This document shows positions 13,021 through 22,818 of a stretch of 64,000 nucleotides of DNA, piece by piece (positions within the stretch are counted from its first letter, which is position 1; each line of letters starts with the position of its first letter). Both the position numbers and the translations under genes were made by a program. Location: positions 30,134,001-30,198,000 of the forward strand of contig CM119372.1 of the NCBI GenBank assembly GCA_051294905.1. The letters run 5' to 3'. The notes under the pieces are model-generated. The model searched no databases, was not told the DNA's origin, and saw nothing but the letters and a program-made list of their open reading frames with translations. Source of the DNA: Botryllus schlosseri. Lineage: Eukaryota.

Positions 13021-14683
13021 TTGTTTCTGTCCGAGCGTTTCGCGCGACTTTTTGCGACACATTTGTCATTTTACTAATGAAGTGTCCCTATACTTCGCTG
13101 TCTTTTATATCTGCTTGATTCCATGACGCTGATATATCGGCCACAGACATCATGAAATGCAGATGTGGCCTATTCACTGGTCTGATCAGCAATGAGTTAC
13201 TTCTACCCATTCAAAAGTAATCCAGTAAGGTTTGTCTACTTGCGCTATGTACTCAAGCGGTGACATTTTCCCACAACTTCAACTTCGAAAGTTTAGCTGC
13301 CAAACTGCGTTCTGTTTATAATATAGTTTGCCAAGTGGAAATAAGTATTTGCATGAGTCTTCATCTCGTTCAGGAGTTATGGTGAGACATAGCCTCTTTG
13401 TCGCGGTAACATGACATAAATTCCCAGATTGCTCCCATTAGCCATTCTCTGTTCATCGCACGGATGCGTTGTGGAAATTGGATTACTATCACAGGCAGCT
13501 GACTGACAAACGTCGGCAACCCATCGTCTCCAATCTACTTCTTATTATTATTATTATTATTACTACTACATATTTGAGTACTTTTAAGATACCGCGACTC
13601 CTACTTTAAGTAGTTTCTACAAGTCGTGAAAGTCTCTACTTCTTTACAAGTATAGAGATTCGCGGGACTGCTTCTGTCTTCTACCCTAGTGTTATCAACA
13701 ACTATTTTAACTACTTCTGGTGAAATTGAATACTACTAAATAAGCTGAGATGAGATACTTTACTATAGCCTACATTCGCCGAATTCATTGACCGCATTTA
13801 TTGAATTTATGATCAAGTAGTGGTCTCTAACATAACATCGCAAGTTTTGCCTTCCTTAAACTTCAACAGAAGCTTGATCATTGATAGATACTACCACAGT
13901 GGCGCTTATACGAAGTTCACAATATATATTTGAGTTGCATACATATGTCGTAATTAAATTTACGGTTAATTTTGAATTTTGAAGGCTCGCCGGTCCGCAA
14001 CATTTGTTTTGTAGTTTTACCGTTCCGCGAGGTCAAAAAGGTTGAGAACCACTGATATATACGAAGTTATTTAACGTTACACGCAGTAAATGCAGTTCTT
14101 ATTATGTCAGATTACAGTTTTCACAAATCGTAAACGAATTTTTTCTGATGTAAGAAATGTCTTCATCGCATTCATAGACAAATACTTTATGCGTAAATCG
14201 ACTCAGTTGCACTACTCCCAGATCAACTTGTGGAAAAGGCAAATTTGCCACCATCCCAATAATTTTGCCTTTTCAGGGTGTAATCAGGGACGCATTATAG
14301 CTTGTATGTCGCATTTGTCTTAAAATTTCCGGGTCGACTCCTTAGATAATCCGCCATTGTTAGTAATCCTTTATACATGTGAAGAAAAGTTGAGTTTTGC
14401 GTTAATTCGTCGATACACAACAAAATCATACAACTTCGAGATGGTACGCAATAACAAAGAGGTTGAGAACCAATGGTTTACGATAGCGCCGACTCAGGCC
14501 ATAATAGGCCATAGTCCTGATGGCTGACGGCTGAATGCTGACTTTTCCAGTATCACCAAACAACTCAACAGGAACAATCAAATGTCATCATAATTCCATA
14601 AAATCTTTATCTTATGTCGATTTGCCAACAATTTTGACGAGGACTTGCAAGGGAAGATAAGCTTACGCCTTAACGGTCTAGGT

Positions 14684-14982
14684 TAGTGGTTCTCGAACTG
14701 GGGGCGCGCCCCCTTGCAGGGCGTGAAAGCATTGGAAGGGGGCGCGAAGCTGCTGTCAATCGAAAAACGTGATTCACCTCCGATTCATGGTTGTTGCTCT
14801 GTGTATAGTCCGAATTTCATATTTGAGAATCCTCTCATCAACAGTCATAACCTTCCGTGCCATCAAACAATCCTTAGGGATTGCTAGCATTCTGGTTGCA
14901 TTTTGTGATATGGCGATAAGGAGGGCGCGAAATTATTTACTATCATAAAAAGGTGCGTGTCTAAAAAGTTTGAGACCCACTG
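14684..14982. mobile_element. hAT-type MITE
   Basis: Termini TAGTGGTTCTCGAAC / GTTTGAGACCCACTG; TSD GTCTAGGT / GTATAGGT. Confidence 0.75.
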
Positions 14983-14990
14983 GTATAGGT

Positions 14991-15981
14991 CAAGGACATC
15001 AAACATACGACCCGCGGGCCGCATCCGGCCGCAAAGCAATTCTGAATAAATTATAAAATACTTGTGCCATCCAGCACATTCCTAGTAGACGTGAAAGGAG
15101 AGGAAAGGGCGTAGTTTATTTTTGTCATTGATGTTTTTGCGGCATATACACCGACTCATGATATACATACACACGACCTGTGCATATGCATACCATGTTG
15201 ATATTTTTAGTAGGAAATACTTAAAATTTATTTAAGGACACCAAATGTCGAGCATGCTCATTGTAAATAGATCACATCATCATTATTATCCGATAGTGAC
15301 TTTGTAATTTCACTCTAGGAGCAGGTCGGTGATATTGACACCCAATTCCGAGAAGATAACAATTGCACACTGAATTCAGAGTTTTATGGAAAAGTAGTCA
15401 AACAAGTAGTTATTCCCTGAAGCGAAGACGCCTGTGCGAAACCGTTATATGCAGGTTACATGGAAAATATAATGGTCACACAAAAAATAGAATTCAAATA
15501 CCCGTGGTCACAGTGCTCTATAATAACTTCTGACGCAAAAAATCCCATGACTCCAGAGAAACCCGTATCGCAAGTTAATGATAATGAACCAAATTCCAAA
15601 GCCCGCGTTTACAGTTGAATTCCTTGTATTTCTCATAGCGCATACGCAGGGCCAATGACAGATTACGACGCAGGAAGCATAGAATTATGTCAACTCACAT
15701 CCGATAAAGTAACTGTTTAAGCGGTTTTTAATTGTATTGAACCAGCCGACCTGTATATTTTGCCAATTCCGTGGTTTGCGACTAACATAGCGTTGCTAGA
15801 AGAGTAGGCCCACCTCCACAACCAGAAATACAGGATAATACTTTTGTAATGGAGTATTCAACAATGAAACAATGGCAAGGATTTTGAGGAAACATTTTTG
15901 AAACATTTTGACTGGTGCGGCCCGCGGGCGATCCGAAGGTCTGGATCCGGACCACGACGTCAGTTGAGTGTCGTACTCCCG
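14991..15981. mobile_element. hAT (Charlie-like) non-autonomous element
   Basis: GCGGCCCGCGGG/TCCGGCC subterminal motifs at both ends; TSD GTATAGGT / GTCTAGGT (15982-15989). Confidence 0.7.
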
Positions 15982-16192
15982 GTCTAGGTTAAACCGGACA
16001 TTGTATTCTTATAGCATCAGCTAGATTGATATTGACCGGGGTTTAAAAAACGGTTTCTACGCTTGCTACAGATAATAACTCAAAAACAGATTATACAGTA
16101 GCCAACACTTCAATCGGGCGGATTTGGTTTTTATGATACACTAAACATCAAATCTAGATATAGATGCGTCTGCTGAAATTTTAGCATTAGGC

Positions 16193-17380
16193 CAGTGCTT
16201 CCCAAACGGTGGGTCGCGAATAGGGCTGGGCAAAATGATTCGAGTACTCGAATCTGAATCGAGTATCAATTCTAATGATTCGAGTCGAGTAGTAGAAGAC
16301 GTTTTTTTCGAGCACTGAAATTATACGGCCTTCGTCACTCAAAGTTAATTTATCAAGCAGAATTAAAGTTACGATCCTATTTTCCACTTCGGTAGCCTTG
16401 AAACATTGATTGGCCGTATCGCAGCGTGCAAAACAAAGTAAAAAGCTAAGAACGTTACTAGAAATAAGTCATTTCCGAAGTCATGATCATCCCACAACAT
16501 TGTCACAAAGTGCAATGATATCGGTATGGTCGAAAAATACCTAAGTATCTTTAATGTGATGGATAACAAGCATTATATTATTTGTGGTGCCATAAAAGGT
16601 ACATATTCGAACTTTGTCATATTACATTCTGTTATGACATCATAATGAGTGATACTCGAATACTCGATTCGACTCGAAGCATAATACGTGATTCAGAATC
16701 GAATCACTCAAGTACTCGAATTTGCCCAGCCCTAGTCGCGAAGCTAATTTAGGTGGGTCGCGAAGAATTTGTAAATGTTTCATTTTTTTATTCAATTTGC
16801 GAAATAAGTTAAACTCCTTGTTTTCTCACGATCAGACGAGCGTTCTAGTATTGTCCTACAGCGTCCATAATAAGCGCCGCAAGCCACGTTCCCGTACTCA
16901 TAATAATTCGTGAGACGGATTTTCGTGACAGTCATTTTGATTGAACCGTGAATTTGGACCGTGCTGTGCTATTGCGTGTGCCTGAGAATTGGAATCTATT
17001 TTTTTTCTTCAAGGGCTTTGCGAAAGTTGATCGGAAAATCCAGCAATGCAGCCCGAGTTGCCGTCAGAATCAGCAAAAAGTTGCCACGATGTGAGTTACT
17101 GAGAATATCACTGTTTTCGACGTGAAGACAAATCACTGATTGAACGCGTGCTTACTGCTTTCTCGTTTGCAATCATCCGTTACTTATATTGACTCTTATC
17201 TGCTTGATGCACTTGTGTTCTCGAATTGTCGCGCAATGTCACTTGTCGCCGTTGTCGGCGTCTGTAGTCACATCGACACGACGCGTTGAATTACTTTCTC
17301 ATTCGTTCGTTCGTTGTGGGTGGTACAAATAAACTTGCATTAAAAGTGGGTCGCGAGCCGAAAAAGGTTGGGAAGCACTG
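16193..17380. mobile_element. hAT-type MITE (CAGTGCTTCCCAA termini) hosting a nested MITE
   Basis: TIR CAGTGCTTCCCAA; GGGTCGCG motifs; TSD eroded. Confidence 0.7.
16221..16734. mobile_element. MITE, TAGGGCTGGGCAAA family
   Basis: TSD GTCGCGAA at 16213-16220 and 16735-16742; second copy at 19289-19818. Confidence 0.88.
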
Positions 17381-17632
17381 CTTTGACAACGATGCATCAT
17401 TTATATCCATTTGGTTGATGTCAATAGTTATTGATTGTGGGTCACACCAGAGAGTCACTACGTAATCACAAATGAAAAGTTGAATATTTCGAGAAAACTT
17501 TCTAAAAAAGCAAATATATTTTTTGAAATTGGCAGGATGCACGCTCGTTTAGTGCTGACGAATTTCTTTTCATGCTGCTAGACTCAGCTAGAGTCATGCA
17601 GAAAGTGGCCCGAAGTTGAAATGGAAAGAATA

Positions 17633-17876
17633 TTGTCAACAAAATGAGTTCGTGTACCATCTGAAAATAGTACATTGAACGCTCTCGTATTCGAAATTTC
17701 ATGCTGGTGACGTTGCATTTTGTGATACAATAGTTGATATACCATTTTCTTTTAAATTCTCAACTAGCTGCTGACGATTACCCTTGACGAGGGTCAACCG
17801 AAATAGTCGGGTTCGTTGCAAAATGAATATACTATTCAATTGCATATTGAAGTTCTGGATCTCCAATAAGCTCTTC
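17633..17876 (+). mobile_element. Penelope-like 3' fragment / pLTR
   Basis: Encodes ..CQQNEFVYHLKIVH* as at 51002; ends in AGCTCTTC; TSD AAAGAATA; hammerhead-like motif at 17781-17811. Confidence 0.8.
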
Positions 17877-18359
17877 AAAGAATAATATATGAAAAGGTTT
17901 GCAGAGAAGAACCTACCACCAAGGTTCGTTTACGAACGCGAATCTCCAAATTTTCGAGGTTCACACACAGAACACGAACGTGAACCTCACGTTCGCACCA
18001 TCCCTAACACACAGATTGTTACAGTCAACATGAGCCAAAAGATTACTTTATTGGGAACTGTGCCTATTCTTCGTAAGACCTTGAATGCACCATTGCGCTA
18101 ATTTATAGCGTTATTTTGTATTCTTCAAGTTCAAACATCTCTACCGCTGGAGCACGAGCCTATTCTTCATCAACCGTATTTCTGTAATCTAATCTCGTCT
18201 TCATTTATTGCAGAGGAATAAAAATTAGGCTTTTTTCACGAAAATTTTAAAAATTTACTTCAATCTCTACATTTTACCTAGGGGGCTTTTTGCTCCCCGG
18301 ATAGGATATGTATTTACTAGTCTCACTGCGAGTGAATTATACAATAATATTTACAAAAC

Positions 18360-18401
18360 CAGGGATATATAGAATTCTATATAGAACTCTATATATCCCT
18401 G
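18360..18401. mobile_element. 42-bp hairpin micro-MITE
   Basis: CAGGGATATATAGA...TCTATATATCCCTG; TSD TACAAAAC on both sides. Confidence 0.8.
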
Positions 18402-18589
18402 TACAAAACGCGGCAATCAAAATGAGAGAAGCGATATGGGAGTCGATGGACATTGACAGCATGACACGTTGACTTCACAGCCCTTGTAGACTAGCTTTCT
18501 TTGGCGTCGCCATCCAGCTCTGGTCTGAAACCGACAAGCTAAGGATCCATTTTCGCAGCACATGAACAAACGCTTCCGACCTTGTACTA

Positions 18590-19276
18590 TCATGAAAAAT
18601 TCTTATACTCTCCGCGCCATTGCCCAATTATGTATAAGGCACTGTCGTAAATGAAATCCAATATTCCAATGCGTTTGTCCATATTACGTAGGCTTACCAT
18701 ACGTCCTCTTTTAAGAGGATTTGTCCTCTTTTTTGACTTTTTTGAAAGTGTCCTCGGAGGACGCCCTTTTGTCCTCTTTTTTGAGATTTTGTCCTCTTTT
18801 TTAGGATTTAGAGCAGATTTAGAGCAAATTGCGAGTGATATGCCATATATTAGCACAGACGTGAAGCTCCGACGGGTGAAAAACGGTGAATTTAGCTCTG
18901 AGCGAAAAGATGACCTTTTTTTATTTTTTATTTTTTAGTCATCCCCCTAGCAATGTGGGGAGAAAAACGGTATTTTTTTTTTTTTTTTCAGTCATCCACC
19001 TAGCAATGTGGGGAGTAAAACGGTATTTTGAGTTCTGAGCGGAGGAGATGACCTTTTTTTTTTTTTTTTTTTTTTAGTTAACCAGTCACAAAGTGGGAAA
19101 AATTAACCGGTTTTTTAGAATTCTACTCCGGTTTTGAAAGTTGGAAATTTATGAAAAAGTGTCCTCTTATTAGATTTCCAAAATATGGTAAGCCTAATAT
19201 TACGGAAAGGCCATATCGGCTGCAGATCACCAATGGTTTCAGTCATAGCAGTGGCCGTACACGAGTTCAAGCCTCC
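18590..19276 (-). pseudogene. Orphan relic of the last exon and 3' UTR of another discoidin paralog
   Basis: 19274-19227 reads RLELVYGHCYD*NHW* (cf. RLEFVHGHCFDRNPW*). 18590-18688 aligns with the copy B 3' UTR (AATATTCCAATGCG). Split by the MITE at 18689-19196. Confidence 0.75.
18689..19196. mobile_element. hAT-type MITE (TAGGCTTACCATA termini); relative at 47740-48112
   Basis: TSD ATATTACG at 18681-18688 and 19197-19204. Confidence 0.85.
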
Positions 19277-19288
19277 TACACTCTTAAT

Positions 19289-19818
19289 TAGGGCTGGGCA
19301 CAATGATTCGAGTACTTGAATCTGAATCGAGTAATTATTTTAATGATTCGAGTCGAGTAGTAAAAGACGATTTTTTCGAGTACTGAAATTATACGCTACC
19401 AGCCACCGAAAGTTATTTTATCAGCGAGAATTATGGTTTCGATACTATTTTCCACTGTGGAAGCCTTGAAACCTTGATTGGCCGTATCCCAGCATATGAA
19501 ACAGATAGTACAAAGCTACTAACTAATGTTACTGGAAATAACACATTTCCGAAGTTATTATCCTCCCACAACATTGTCACAAAGTGTATAGTGAAATCGG
19601 TAGGGTCGAAAAAATACCAAAGTATCTTTAATGTGATGGATAACAGGCGTTTTGTTCTTTGTGGTGGCATAAAAGGTATAGGCTACATATTTGAAATTTT
19701 ACATAGTACATTATGTTATGACGTCATGATGAGTGATACTCGAATACTCGACCCGACTCGAAGCATAATACGTGATTCAGAATCGAATCACTCAGGTACT
19801 CGATTTTGCCCAGCCCTA
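19289..19818. mobile_element. MITE, TAGGGCTGGGCAAA family
   Basis: TSD CTCTTAAT / CTCTCAAT; homologous to 16221-16734. Confidence 0.85.
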
Positions 19819-20492
19819 CTCTCAATGTGAGACAACAGTATCGCCATATTTTCCGTTGCTAGCAGCATAAACCGAGCGACTAACACTGACGAAATGAAAA
19901 ATCATCTTCTGCTCTCATTCAGGTGTAATCTTTATTTTGTACCAAGGATAATAATATAAATTCATAATGAAATGATAATGATCTCGGACAATATATCTAG
20001 GTCATCAATGAAATGTGTTCATATTGTGTTGCCACTCTGACATCATGTCAGGGCCCTGGGGCATGTCTCTCGTGTGTCGGGGTTATCTTCAGAACGAGTT
20101 GCAACTCGGACATACTGTTTGGGGTATGTCCGTGACCGGGTTGTGTCTGTAGTACGTCCAGACTGCGTCGTCACTGGGACATAATGTACGTGGTATGCCT
20201 GGAGTGTGTTCAGAGTTCAGACTGCGTTGTCACGTAGGCATAATGTCTGGAATGTGTTCCAACTGCAATGCCACTCGGGCATCATGTCTGGGTATATTTA
20301 GGGTGTTTCCAGAGTGTGTTCCCGCGCAGGTTCAAATCCTGCTCGCAGCGCCAAGTAATATATCTGTCTTCAGCCAAAACCCTAACATGCAGACAAGTGA
20401 TTGTGAGCGAAAGTCCTCTATTACTCGGATGACGCGAACTTAAATACGAACGAGAACACAAGACACCAATTATTTGGACTACGTATACCACA

Positions 20493-21114
20493 GGGATGAC
20501 TCGAGTCATTACTTGACTCGAGTCAGACTCGAGTCATCTTTTTCGTATGACTTGACTTGACTCGAGTCACTTTGCTAAAATGACTCGACTTGACTTGACT
20601 CGGCGTATCAGAAATGTGGATTGACTCGTGACTCGGAGCAAAAGTCAATTTCAAGTCATCAAGTAATCGGTGTCGATAAAAATCACCGTATCTTGCATAT
20701 CTTCCGGAATGTTCGCGAAACGCTGTTGTAGCCCGTGAGAGCGACCAATCATTCAATGATCGTGCGTTTTACTGGACCTCCATTGTACTCTCACAAATAA
20801 ATTGACCGCAAACCAAGTCATCGAAGCTGCAGATTTCGTTGTCGTAAACTAGTATAGTAAAGTAATTTAATAGCAAATAATCTATTTCTGTTCTCTGCTC
20901 TTACCTTAACCAAACCTCTTGTTTTATTAAAATTAAATTGGAATATAGTTCATATAGTTTTCAAACATTGGCGCAGGCTCGAATTGTACCATATAAATTT
21001 GTAAATGGGCAATCTATCGCATCTTATCAATTCGTTTCTCTATTCTCTATTTTGGCTGGTAACTATAAACTGAGGCTATGCAATTACTTAGGTAGTTTAG
21101 CGTGTATATTTAAC
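20493..21114. mobile_element. Truncated GACTCGAGTC-family MITE
   Basis: Colinear with ~9525-10150; cut by the element starting at 21115. Confidence 0.75.
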
Positions 21115-21464
21115 CAGAGGTGGTCAAAGTAGTCAAGAAAGCTACTCAAGCACAAGTAGAAGTAGCGACGAAAAAATCTACTCAAGTACGAGTAGAAGTA
21201 CTTCTTCCATAAGCAACCTAAAACTACTTGAAGTGGAAGTAGAATTTACTGACTTCAAATCTACTCAAGTAAGTAAGTAGTTGTGAAAACGATCGTAATT
21301 CGTTCGCATGGATTGTCAAAAGGTGCAAATTGAGCTATGCGAAAGGTGCCGAGCTTGATTAATATTGATGCGTACCAAGAGGTATTCAATTTTCGACAGC
21401 ATAAGCATTCGTCCGCATTATGGAATGCGAGCGTATTATCACCTATACTGTTGACAATCATGAT

Positions 21465-22818
21465 CAGGGCCGTAACAGCACTTCGTCAGCCCCCCCCAAA
21501 ACGTTGGTCATGGGCCCCCCATAGGGTGATAAACCGGACTTCTGGGGGGCTTCGCCCCCCAAATCCCCCTCAGCTTATACGTTGTTTACCCCTACTTATC
21601 ATATATATTGGCTGTCCGTTTAATGTGGAATCTTTTCTCGACTAGCCGCGCGAGGCACGAATATTTTTTTATGATTTATGATTGAATCGGTCAATATGAT
21701 CGAGAAATTGCACATATATTGCTATGAATTTTTATCCTTTCTCTGCTCACGTAATCAGATTTGCCGGTAGAGTGGAGTGAGGTGTGTTTGAAAAGTGAGG
21801 ACCACTCAATAATAATTAAATATCTTCGGGCGTATACCTGTTGGCAGGAACGAAACAGCACTTCGTCAGGCCCTGCAAAAAACTAGGGTCTTGTGCTCCC
21901 ATAGGGTGATAACCCGACCCTCCCCCCATCACGTTCTTCGCTTTTACCACGAAATTAGTTGTACTATTTAGTGAGCACGCGCCAAGCGCGAAAATTTTCA
22001 ATAATTCGTAATATAATCGGTCAATAAGATCGGAAATTTCATATATATTGCTATCAATTTCTTGTCCTCTCTGCTCGCGTTATCAGATTTACCGGTAGAG
22101 CTGAGTTAGGTGTCTTGGAAACTGTAGGGCCCGTAAATAATAGGCTAATTAAACATCTTCAGGCGGACGGACCCGTTGGTATGACTTGTTACATGATGTT
22201 ATTTCGTGACCTCCGCTATATCCAAAAATATGTGATCGCATCAATGTACTAAACTAAAAGACGCACAGGATTTCAAATTGGTATTTCTTCACTGGTATAT
22301 AATGTTTCCCTGCTGGATGGTATTTGTCTTGTGAGGTTCAGATTGCTAAGACAGGAACATTCGGCGTCAGTCATTTAGGCGCCTATGGACCAGGGATATC
22401 TAGAACTACCTCTAGTTCTAGATATCCCCGCTATGGACAATTAAACCTATGCGTATCAGCATAAGCGCAGTTCTTTTCGGCCAAGATTTTCTCGCTGCCG
22501 ATCATTCTGGCACATTTCTTTGAGTCGCATGTTACATGGCCCAAAACGTTATATCTTGGTGCGTCGTGGCGCGGTAATGGCCAACGCCGATATGCCCATT
22601 TCTAGAAATCTTGCGTATTTTTTCTTGGGTGAAGAGTACCCAATAATCAAGATATTTGACAAGCTGATATCGCGCGGAGCGCTACAAATTTTTGAAAAAA
22701 CTGCATAAATTTTCAAAAAATACTTTCTAATTTATGCTAATTCACGAAATAATTTTGGGCCCCCTTCGAGCTCAGCCCCCCCAATTGGGGGGTTTGGGGT
22801 GCGGCAGTTACGAACCTG
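21465..22818. mobile_element. hAT-type non-autonomous element inserted in the LINE RT
   Basis: Termini CAGGGCCGTAAC / GTTACGAACCTG; TSD ATCATGAT; internal duplication ~21470-21830 vs ~21850-22165. Confidence 0.85.
22391..22430. mobile_element. 40-bp hairpin micro-MITE
   Basis: CAGGGATATCTAGAACTA-cctc-TAGTTCTAGATATCCCCG; TSD CTATGGAC on both sides. Confidence 0.82.

Noticed and set aside
15414..15460. Additional hammerhead (CTGAAGCGAAGA..GAAAC)
   Set aside because: Core spacing is broken and there is no convincing stem I or stem III.
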